Source: Ilumatobacteraceae bacterium (GTDB lineage Bacteria > Actinomycetota > Acidimicrobiia > Acidimicrobiales > Ilumatobacteraceae). From it: a stretch of DNA of 64,000 bases. Each line of letters begins with the position of its first letter. Position 1 is the first letter of the stretch. The notes below the pieces were generated by a model. The model had not been told where the DNA came from. It saw nothing but the letters and a program-made list of their open reading frames with translations, and made no database searches. The stretch lies in contig JBAOHQ010000007.1 in NCBI GenBank assembly GCA_037045185.1, positions 168,212 through 232,211 of the forward strand, in the 5' to 3' direction. This document shows positions 19,315 through 27,665 of the stretch, one piece after another. A program made the position numbers and the translations under genes.

Positions 19315-20541
19315 TCAGGGCTTCCAGCGACCCGTCGCCGGGTCGAGGCGCAGCATGCGGATGGCGTTGCCGCGGGCGATCTTGTCGATCAGCACGGGAT
19401 CCATCCCCTCCACCTGCTCGGCGAAGATCTTCTGGGTGTCGGGCCACGTCGAGTCGGTGTGCGGGTAGTCGGTCTCGAACGTCACGTTGTCCTCACCGAT
19501 GGTGTCCAGACTGGCCAGGCCGTGCTTGTCACGGTAGAAGCAGCCGTAGATCTGGCGGTGCCAGTACGTGCTGGGCGGCTCGGGCACCAGGTCACGCACG
19601 CCGCCCCACGCCCGGTGCTGCTCCCACACGTCGTCGGCGCGTTCGAGGATGTATGGCACCCAGCCGATCTGACCCTCGCTGTAGGCCAGGGTCAGCGTGG
19701 GGTAGCGGACCAGGACGCCGCTGAACAGGAAGTCGCTGAGCGAGCTCATCGCGTTGCCGAAGCTCAGCGTGGCGGCGACGGCCGGCGGGGCGTCGGGCGA
19801 CGTCGCCGGCATCTGGCTGGACGAGCCGATGTGCATGCACACCGTGGTGCCCAACTCGGCGCAGGTCTGGAAGAACGGCTCCCATGCGCCGCTGTGCAGC
19901 GTGGGCAGGCCGAGCTTGGCGGGGATCTCGCTGAACGCCACGGCGGTGACACCGCGGGCCGCGTTGCGGCGCAATTCGGCGACGGCCAGGTCCATGTCCC
20001 ACAGCGGGATGATCTGCAACGGGATCAGCCGCCCGTCGCCCTGCCCGGCCCACTCCTCGACCATCCAGTCGTTGTAGGCCCGGACGCAGGCCAACCCGAG
20101 GTCCTTGTCCTTGGCCTCGGCGAAGGTCTGCCCGCAGAACCTGGGGAAGGTGGGGAAGGCCAGCGAACCCTCGACTCCGTCGATGTCCATGTCCGCCAGC
20201 CGCTCGATCGGGTCGTAGCAGCCCGGGCGCATCTCGTCGTAGGTGATGGGCGAGGCCGTCATCTCGTCACGATCGAAGCCCACCGAGGCCACGTGGCGCT
20301 TGTGCGGGACGATCAGATCGCCGTAGATCCAGCAGTCCGCCTTGGGAGCGTCGTCGTCCCAGTCGAACTCGTACGTCGTGCCACCGCGATAGCTCATCCC
20401 GGCCAGGCCGCGACGCTCGACGTAGGGCTTGTCGGGGTGGTCCTGGAACTTCTTCGGCAGCCACCGATCGAACAGATGAGGAGGTTCGACGACGTGGTCG
20501 TCGACACTGATGATCTTCGGCAAGTCCTTGATCTCGCTCAT
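19315..20541 (-). CDS. Amidohydrolase-2 family protein (ACMSD-like metal-dependent hydrolase/decarboxylase)
   Basis: MSEIKDLPKIISVDDHVVEPP N-terminus and conserved HxH-type fold blocks. The ATG at 20541 abuts the operator palindrome with no SD. Confidence 0.8.
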   Translation of the reverse strand: MSEIKDLPKIISVDDHVVEPPHLFDRWLPKKFQDHPDKPYVERRGLAGMSYRGGTTYEFDWDDDAPKADCWIYGDLIVPHKRHVASVGFDRDEMTASPITYDEMRPGCYDPIERLADMDIDGVEGSLAFPTFPRFCGQTFAEAKDKDLGLACVRAYNDWMVEEWAGQGDGRLIPLQIIPLWDMDLAVAELRRNAARGVTAVAFSEIPAKLGLPTLHSGAWEPFFQTCAELGTTVCMHIGSSSQMPATSPDAPPAVAATLSFGNAMSSLSDFLFSGVLVRYPTLTLAYSEGQIGWVPYILERADDVWEQHRAWGGVRDLVPEPPSTYWHRQIYGCFYRDKHGLASLDTIGEDNVTFETDYPHTDSTWPDTQKIFAEQVEGMDPVLIDKIARGNAIRMLRLDPATGRWKP

Positions 20542-20560
20542 ATCTGAAAAGGTATCAGAT
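20542..20560. promoter_or_regulatory. Operator-like palindrome ATCTGA-N7-TCAGAT (second copy)
   Basis: ATCTGA-AAAGGTA-TCAGAT followed by TTT, in the divergent promoter between the amidohydrolase (-) and SDR (+) genes. Confidence 0.5.
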
Positions 20561-20633
20561 TTGTTTCGTTGCTCGACGGGCCGGAGACTGGGGTGCATCT
20601 CTAGGATCTGGGTCCACGGCTGAAGGGAGCACG

Positions 20634-21524
20634 ATGGGAATGTTGGACGGCAGGGTCGCCATTGTCACCGGCGGCGGCAGGGGGGTCGGGCGGTGCCACG
20701 CCGAGGCTCTCGCCGCAGCAGGCGCTGCCGTCGTGGTCAGCGACCTCGGCGAGGGAGCACCCGACACCGTCGCCGACATCGCCGCCCGTGGCGGGAAGGC
20801 CTCGCCGTTCGTCGGCAGCGTGACCTCGTGGGAGGCGGCCGAAGCCCTCGTCCGGACGGCCATCGACACCTACGGCGACATCGACATCGTCGTCAACAAC
20901 GCCGGGTTCATCCGTGACGCACCGATGTTTGCCATGGAGGAGGGAACCTTCGACGCCGTCACCGAGGTGCACCTGAAGGGCCACTTCGCCGTGTCCCGGT
21001 TCGCCTGCGCCCACTGGCGGGCCGTTGCCAAGGCGGCGGGTGACGGCGCCGCGCTCCGGCCGCGGCGAATCGTCAACACCACCAGCGAGTCCGGTCTATT
21101 CGGAGGGCCGGCGCAGATCAACTACGGCGCGGCCAAGGGCGGCATCGTCTCGATGACACTGATCGAGGCCAGGGAGATGGGTCGCTACAACGTGACCGCC
21201 AACTGCATCGCGCCGCGCGCCAGGACCCCGATGACCGAGTTCATCCCGAAATTCGCCAAGCCGGCCGAGGGATTCGACCGGTACGACCCGGCCAACGTCA
21301 GCCCCACGGTCGTGTGGCTGGCCAGTGACCTGGCATCGGGCGTGAACGGCCAGGTGTTCATCGTCCTCGGTGACCAGATCCACCGCGTGCAGCCGGCCAC
21401 CATCGCCAACTCGATCGCCAACGGCGGCCATCCGTGGACGGCGGAGCAGATCGCCGAGCGGATGGCCGACCTGTTCGGCCCCGAGGGTCCTGGCGTCCCC
21501 GCCTGGGCCGGGCCACCGATGTGA
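20634..21524 (+). CDS. SDR family oxidoreductase
   Basis: VTGGGRGVGR, NNAGF and YGAAKGG motifs. SD AAGGGAG upstream. Confidence 0.85.
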   Translation: MGMLDGRVAIVTGGGRGVGRCHAEALAAAGAAVVVSDLGEGAPDTVADIAARGGKASPFVGSVTSWEAAEALVRTAIDTYGDIDIVVNNAGFIRDAPMFAMEEGTFDAVTEVHLKGHFAVSRFACAHWRAVAKAAGDGAALRPRRIVNTTSESGLFGGPAQINYGAAKGGIVSMTLIEAREMGRYNVTANCIAPRARTPMTEFIPKFAKPAEGFDRYDPANVSPTVVWLASDLASGVNGQVFIVLGDQIHRVQPATIANSIANGGHPWTAEQIAERMADLFGPEGPGVPAWAGPPM

Positions 21525-21534
21525 GCACCCGCCG

Positions 21535-22975
21535 ATGACACGGGGTGACTGGGAGCCGCTGCTGGACGATCTCGCCGCCCGCCGCCGGGCGGCGCTGGAG
21601 ATGGGCGGGCCGGACAAGCTGGCCAAGCACCGCGCCTCGGGCAAGCTCACCGCCAGGGAGCGCATCGCCGTGCTGTGCGATCGGGGCACGTTCGTGGAGA
21701 TCGGCGCGCTGGCGGGGTCACTACCGGCCGACGCCTTCGTCGCCGGATCGGGGCTGGTCGAGGGCCGGCCGGTCCTGGTGGGCGCCGAGGATTTCACCGT
21801 CGCCGGGGGATCCATCGGCGCGGCCAACACCGCCAAGCGCAACCGTGTGGCCGCGCTGGCCGCGGCGCAACGATGCCCGCTGGTGATGATGCTGGAGGGC
21901 GCCGGGCACCGCCCGCCGATGCCGGACGACCCGCCGTCGACCGCACGCCCCACCGACCTGCAACCGCTCGCCGAACTGCGCGGCATCGTCCCCCAGGCAA
22001 CGGCCGTGCTCGGCCCGTCAGCAGGTCACGGGGCCCTCGCCGCCCCGATGGCCGACTTCTCGGTGATGACCGAGCGGGCCGCCATCTTCGCCGCCGGACC
22101 CCCGCTGGTGAAGGCCTCGCTGGGCGAGGACGTCGACGCCGCCACCCTCGGCGGTCCTGCGGTGGCCCTGGCCAGCGGGTTGATCCACAACGTGGCGCCC
22201 GACGACGCCACGGCGCTGGCGATGATCCGCCAGTGGTTGTCGTACCTCCCGCCGGCGGCGGGTGATCCGCTGCCGCTCGGGCCCGCAGAGGGGCGCCGCG
22301 TCATCGACGACCTCATCGACCTGGTGCCGCGAAACCCGCGCCAGGCCTACGACATGGTCGACGTCATCACCCGGGTGGTCGACCACGACACCTGGTTCGA
22401 GATCCAACCGCGCTTCGGCCCGTCGCTGCTCACCGGCTTGGCCCGCCTCGGCGGACGCACCGTGGCGATCATCGCCAATCAACCCAGGAGCCACGCCGGC
22501 GCGATCACGGCCGACGCGGCCATGAAGGCCGCTGACTTCATCACCAACCTGGAGCCCTTCGCCGTCCCGCTGGTGTTCCTCACCGACAACCCGGGAGTCC
22601 TCGCTGGGACGGCCAGCGAGCAGGCAGGCATCCTGCCGCGCCGCGGCGCGGATGTACGCCGCCCAGCACCGCTCACGGTCGGCCAAGCTGCAGGTCACGT
22701 TGCGCAAGGCCTACGGCTTCGGCAGCTCGGTGATGGCGATGAACCCGTTCGACGGCCAGACCCTGAGCGTGGCGTTCCCCGGCGTCACCTTCGGCGGGAT
22801 GCCGGCGCGTGGCGCCGACGCGGCGATGCGCGCCACCGCGGAGGATGCGGCGGCGATGGTGCAGGCCGAACTGGCCTCGGGGTACCGCTCGGCGCACGGG
22901 TTGTCGATCGACGACCTGATCGACCCGCGCCACACCCGCAACGTGCTGCTCGACGCCCTGCGCCTCGTGCGCTGA
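21535..22975 (+). CDS. Acyl-CoA carboxylase carboxyltransferase (beta) subunit; frame broken near 22636 as sequenced
   Basis: MTRGDWEPLLDDL...HRASGKLTARERIAVLCD N-terminus. After EQAGIL the protein continues in another frame (tracked ORF 22652..22975) as RAAARMYAAQHRSRSAKLQVTLRKAYGFGS...DDLIDPRHTR. The tracked 894-aa ORF 21370..24054 is a read-through artefact. Confidence 0.8.
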
Positions 22976-22989
22976 CGGCGCCGGTTCGT

Positions 22990-24680
22990 TCAGTCTGGCG
23001 TGCTGGCGGGTGCTGGCGGCGGTGGGGGTGGGGCCAGCTCCCGGCGGGCCGGGGGATCGCCCAGCTTGACGCGGGCAACACGGTGGGTGGCCCGCTTGGG
23101 CCCGGGAAAGACCATCGCCGAACTGATCGCCCGCCGGCTGCGGCGCTCGGCCGCCCGGTCCTCCCAGTCGGCGCCCACCTGGTTGAGCTGCCAGTCGACC
23201 GAGTTCAACATCCGCACCCTGCTGATCAGCGCCAGCCCGGCCTCGACCTCGTCGTAGGGGCGGACCCGGCGCAGGCTGAGGACGGCCTTGGCCAGGATGG
23301 GCATCAAGTCGAACAGCAAGAAGAAGTACCGCCAGGCGGCGATCTGCGGGCCGAGCGGCGTGCTGGGGATCAGCCATGTCCGCAGGCTGCACCACGCCGT
23401 GTCCAGCCACCCGCCGGTGCACACCGTGCCCGACGAGATACTCAGCTCACCGGTGCTCGAACCCTGCGCCGCGGCACCGCGCAGGACGTCGTTCTCCTCG
23501 CGCACGGCCGGGGTGGGGTCGACGGCGAGCTCCTCGAGCGCCTGGATCTGCAACAGGACCGAGGGCTTGACGTCGGCGGCGATCTCGTCGAGGCGGTCTC
23601 GCTGCGACGCCTGCAGGGACTCGATCGCCTTGTGCAGGGCGTCGATGGCCGGCTGGTTGGCGGCCTGCGCCGCGGCGGCCTGCGCCTGGAACCCCTTCAG
23701 CAGGTTCTGGTCGTCGATCACCCGGGCGTTGACCGCGTCGAGTTGCACCTGCAACTTGGCCTGGGCGTCCTTGTACGAGCGGCACCGCTCCAGGCACTTG
23801 TTCTGCCCGGACGTGGTGAACGACGTCCCGTCGGACAGTTCGCGAGTGATCTGCCGCCCGTTCTTTTCGGCCTGCCACAGTTCCTCGTAGGCGTTGATGT
23901 CCGACTGGATCGCAGCCTGGGTCTTCAGTTCGCCGGCCAGACGGTCGGTGACCTTCTGGGCCTCTCCGCTGGAGCCGCCGGACTCGAGCGCGTCGATCTC
24001 GGCCTGCTTGCGCTCGATCTCACCCTTGTAGAAGGCGTTGAGCGCCGTCTGTGACGAGGACCTGGTCACGTCGAGGATCGCTCGGGCGCGACGATCGATG
24101 TCGTCCTTGAAGCGCACCAGCAGGACACCCTCGGCGATGATGAAGCTGAGGCACAGGGCAATGGCCACGCGGGGGATCAGCCGGAAGGCGACACCGAGGA
24201 TGGTGCGGATCCGGCCGCGCTTGCGCTGATCGACGATCTCGGCGAAGCGCTTGGCCATGTCGCCGCCTCCCGCCGCCGGGTCCCACAGCGACTGGCCGAT
24301 GACGTCGGGCAGCCGTACCGGGTTGAGCGGCAGGGCCACCAGCGCCCGGTCCACCACCAGCACGGCGAGGCCGAGGATCAGCCCGATGCCCAGCGCTGCG
24401 CTGGCGCCGATGGTGCCCTCCAGCGCCCAGGTGGTGGCGGCGAAGGCCAGCACCCCGGTAGCCAGCACCAGCGAGCCGAGCAGTTGGTACTTCTTCTCCT
24501 CGGTGGGCATCCCGTCGAGGATGCGCGGGTCGGCGCCGCTGAGCTTGACGAGGAACGAGGCGAACGGGCCACGCTGGCGCGGGGCGACCAGGGGCTCGAT
24601 GTCCAGCCGGTCGCGCAGCAGCCCGTCGAGGTCTGCCTCGGGATCCAGGTCCCAGAACGGATCGCGTCGCTCACGGGTCA
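22990..24680 (-). CDS. DUF4407-like membrane protein with a long coiled-coil
   Basis: Start at MTRERRDPFW. Transmembrane segments (LLGSLVLATGVLAFAATTWAL, GIGLILGLAVLVVD, IALCLSFIIAEGVLLV). Q/A/E/K-rich coiled-coil. C-terminal transmembrane segment and a poly-Pro tail. Confidence 0.65.
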
Positions 24681-24803
24681 TAGCGAGTGCCGCGCAACCT
24701 ACAGCAGCAGGAGGCCGATGTCCCGGCGCGCCCCGGGCATTTCTGGCTCTCCGACCCGTCGGAGCCGTTCGGCGGCGGCGGGGGCCCCGGGTACATTGCC
24801 CGG

Positions 24804-27554
24804 ATGCAGCGGATGGTCGGCCGTGTGGGCGAGCGCGAGCTACTGCACCGGTCACTGGAGGCGGCCCGCGGCGGAGCCGGATCACTTGTCCACGTGTCCG
24901 GCGTCGCCGGGATGGGCAAGAGCGCCTTGCTGGCCGAACTGCGCGCCAGCGGTCTGGAGCGCGGCCTCGAGGTACGCGGTGTGGCCGCCGAGGAGACCGA
25001 CCGGCTGCGGCCGTGGGCCGTCGCATGTCGCTTGCTGGGCACTGAGGTGACCACCGCCGACCCGTTCGGCCAGCTACTCGCGGCGGCCGAGGGTCTCGCT
25101 CCGCTGGTCCTGACCGTCGACGATCTGCACCTGGCCGACGACGATTCGGTCGACGCGCTGATGTTCCTGGCCCGGCGGGCGGCCGACCTCCCCGTGCTGG
25201 TGGTCACGGCCTCCCGGCCGTCGAGGGCTGACGGGAGTGCCGATCGGATGGCGATCCTCAGCCAGCGCATCGGTGCCCACGTGGAACTCGGCCCGCTGTC
25301 TGACGAGGAGGTCCACGCGCTGGCCGCGGCCGAGTGGGGCGGCGAACCGGGGCCCGCCCTGCGGGCGATGTTGGATGGCGTCGCCGGGAACCCGTTTCTT
25401 GCTGTCGAGCTGATCGCCGACCTGAACGGCGCGCAGTCGATCCGGGTGACCGACGCCGTCGTGGAACTCGACGGCCCCAGCCCGCTCGGCATCGGGTTGG
25501 CAGAGCGTCTGTTCCGGCGGGTGTTGGGCGACGTGGCTGGCCCCGGAGGCCAGCTTCCCGTGCGCGCCGCGGCTGTCCTGCCAGCAGGCTTTCGGTGCGA
25601 GGACCTGGCCGCCGTGTGCCAACGACCGGTGACCGAGATCTTCGACGTCGTCCTGGGCCTGACGGGCGCGGGGATCCTGGTGGACGAGGGCGGCGGGTTG
25701 CGGTTCCGCCATGCCCTGCTGCGCGAGGCGGTCAACCTGGTCACGCCGGCGGCCGTCCGCGACGCCCTGCGCCGCCGCGCCCTGGATGTGCTGTGCGCCG
25801 ACGACACCGCCGTGCTGCGCGCCGCGGCCTGCCTGATCGACGGCTTCGACCCGGCGAACCCGGCTGAGGTGCGCTGGGCGCTGGACCTCGGAGACCGGCT
25901 GTGGCCGGGTGAGCCCGCCGCCGCCGCTGCGGTGCTGCGTGCCGGGTTGCGCGGTGTGCGCCACGATGACCCGCAAGCCGAACCCGCGGCGCGACGCCTG
26001 GCCTGGGCGTCGATCGCCGCCGGTCACCCAGACGAGGCCGTCGCCCTGGCCGGCGTGTTCGCCCCGGCGAGCCGCCATCGCGCCGAGTGGCTGCACGCAG
26101 AGGGGTTCGGTCGCTCGCTGTCCGGGGAGAACGCGCCGGTGGTGGGGCGATACGCGGGCGTGTCTCCCGCCGAGATCGTCGCCGAGCTGCGCGCCGACGA
26201 TCCGTATCTCGTGGACGCCATCGCCGAGCTGGCCAACGGCCGGGTCAGTGCCGCCGATCTCGCCGGAGGGGCGGCCTTGATCGAATGGGTCGAAGCCAAC
26301 GCACCGCAGCGCTCGCCGTCCAGCGAGGCCACGATCCTGGCGGCGCGCGCCAGGCTCGCCGGCCTGGGAGGTCGCTTCACCGAGTCCATCGGACTGGCGA
26401 CGCGTTCGCTGGCGACGATCGCCCACGCTCCCACGCTGACCGCGACCGCTGGATCGCCGGCGCTGTCCATCGCCCTGGCCAAGGATCTCAGCGGCGACAG
26501 CGACGGGGCGCTGGCCATTCTGCGGGCGACCGATCTGCCCGGCGTCGTCGCTCGCTGGACGGCGCCGCTGCTGCAGTTCGCCACGTCGATCGTGCTCTAC
26601 CGCCGGGGTGACTGGGACGATGCCCTGGCCGAGGTCGATGCCGGGCTTCTCGCCGGCGAGGAGATCGGTTTGCGACTCGGTGTGTTCTGGCCGTACGCGG
26701 TGGCCAGCCTGGTCCACCTCGGCCGTGGCGACACCGTCGCTGCCCAGGAATGGATCGATCGCGTCGCGGCAACCGGTGTCGAGCACGGCATCGGCGGCGA
26801 GTGGCTGGCCTACGCCGGCGCCATGGTGCAGGCGGTGCGCGGCGACACCGTCGGGGCGGCGGCGACGCTGGCAGTCGTCTGCGAGGGGGCCGTGGCGCTC
26901 GGCGCTCCAGCGCTGCTGCTCGGGTTCGGTCCGGACGCGGTGACCATGGCCCTCGCCACCGGCCAGACCGGCACAGCCCGACGCTGCCGCGACAGCCTGG
27001 CGGGCCTGCTCGGCGCCAGTGGGTCGCCGGTGGCCGCAGCCGCGCTCGGCTGGGTGGACGGTCTGCTGGGCGAGGACCCGCGGCACGTCGCCGAGTCGGC
27101 AGCGGCCTACAGCGACCTCGGGCGCTGGCCGGAGGCGGGCAGCTGCGCCCACTCCGGCGCACGCCTGGCACTCAGGGTGGGTGACGACGCTCTGTGCCGC
27201 CAGCTGGCCAGCTCGGCGTTTGCGGCCTACGACCGACTCGGCGCGGCCGGCCACCACGCCAGATTGCGGGCCGAGCTGCGTGACCGCGGGATGCGCCTCC
27301 AGCCGCGCCGCAGCCCCTCCCGGCCGTCGTTCGGCTGGGACAGCCTGACCCCGTCGGAGCGGGCCATCGTCGAGCTGGTCGGCGACGGATGCTCCAACGG
27401 CGAGATCGCGGCGCGGATGTTCGTCGGCCGGCGGACTGTCGAGTCCCATCTGGCCAGGGTGTACGCCAAGCTCGACGTGCGCGGTCGAGCACACCTGATC
27501 GCCGCGTGCCTGGCGCGCCGTGACCACGATGGCGGGCGTCAGCCCGGCGCATAG
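24804..27554 (+). CDS. LAL-type regulator: N-terminal AAA/STAND-like ATPase, helical repeat region and C-terminal LuxR HTH
   Basis: Walker A GVAGMGKSALL, Walker B LVLTVDDLHLADD, and LuxR HTH LTPSERAIVELVGDGCSNGEIAARMFVGRRTVESHLARVYAKL. Confidence 0.85.
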   Translation: MQRMVGRVGERELLHRSLEAARGGAGSLVHVSGVAGMGKSALLAELRASGLERGLEVRGVAAEETDRLRPWAVACRLLGTEVTTADPFGQLLAAAEGLAPLVLTVDDLHLADDDSVDALMFLARRAADLPVLVVTASRPSRADGSADRMAILSQRIGAHVELGPLSDEEVHALAAAEWGGEPGPALRAMLDGVAGNPFLAVELIADLNGAQSIRVTDAVVELDGPSPLGIGLAERLFRRVLGDVAGPGGQLPVRAAAVLPAGFRCEDLAAVCQRPVTEIFDVVLGLTGAGILVDEGGGLRFRHALLREAVNLVTPAAVRDALRRRALDVLCADDTAVLRAAACLIDGFDPANPAEVRWALDLGDRLWPGEPAAAAAVLRAGLRGVRHDDPQAEPAARRLAWASIAAGHPDEAVALAGVFAPASRHRAEWLHAEGFGRSLSGENAPVVGRYAGVSPAEIVAELRADDPYLVDAIAELANGRVSAADLAGGAALIEWVEANAPQRSPSSEATILAARARLAGLGGRFTESIGLATRSLATIAHAPTLTATAGSPALSIALAKDLSGDSDGALAILRATDLPGVVARWTAPLLQFATSIVLYRRGDWDDALAEVDAGLLAGEEIGLRLGVFWPYAVASLVHLGRGDTVAAQEWIDRVAATGVEHGIGGEWLAYAGAMVQAVRGDTVGAAATLAVVCEGAVALGAPALLLGFGPDAVTMALATGQTGTARRCRDSLAGLLGASGSPVAAAALGWVDGLLGEDPRHVAESAAAYSDLGRWPEAGSCAHSGARLALRVGDDALCRQLASSAFAAYDRLGAAGHHARLRAELRDRGMRLQPRRSPSRPSFGWDSLTPSERAIVELVGDGCSNGEIAARMFVGRRTVESHLARVYAKLDVRGRAHLIAACLARRDHDGGRQPGA

Positions 27555-27587
27555 GAGCGCCGGTGGCCGGCGGCGCCGGCGGGCGTT

Positions 27588-27607
27588 CTTGCGTAACCCT
27601 ACGCAAG
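27588..27607. promoter_or_regulatory. Perfect 8-4-8 palindrome CTTGCGTA-ACCC-TACGCAAG between the LAL regulator and cluster gene A
   Basis: 20 bp, the size and symmetry of LuxR-type boxes. Lies 59 nt upstream of the gene A ATG. Half-site TGCGTA recurs at 27625-27630. Could also be a terminator stem. Confidence 0.35.
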
Positions 27608-27665
27608 ACGGCCATCTCCCGATCTGCGTACCGTTTCGTCATGACTCGCCGGCCAGTGGTCCGCC

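Noticed and set aside
21370-24054. 894-aa plus-strand ORF
   Set aside because: Composite artefact. Before 21535 it is an alternative frame over the 3' end of the upstream SDR gene. After the 22636 frame break it reads out of frame, and then runs antisense through the DUF4407-like gene.
25074-27527. 817-aa minus-strand ORF opposite the LAL regulator
   Set aside because: Shadow ORF. The plus strand carries clear Walker A/B and LuxR HTH motifs, while the minus-strand translation is R/G-rich junk.
27558-27580. Intrinsic terminator after the LAL regulator
   Set aside because: Only 6-bp GC stems with 3-nt loops (CGCCGG-TGG-CCGGCG or GCCGGC-GGC-GCCGGC) and a weak TTCTT tail. This is too marginal to call.
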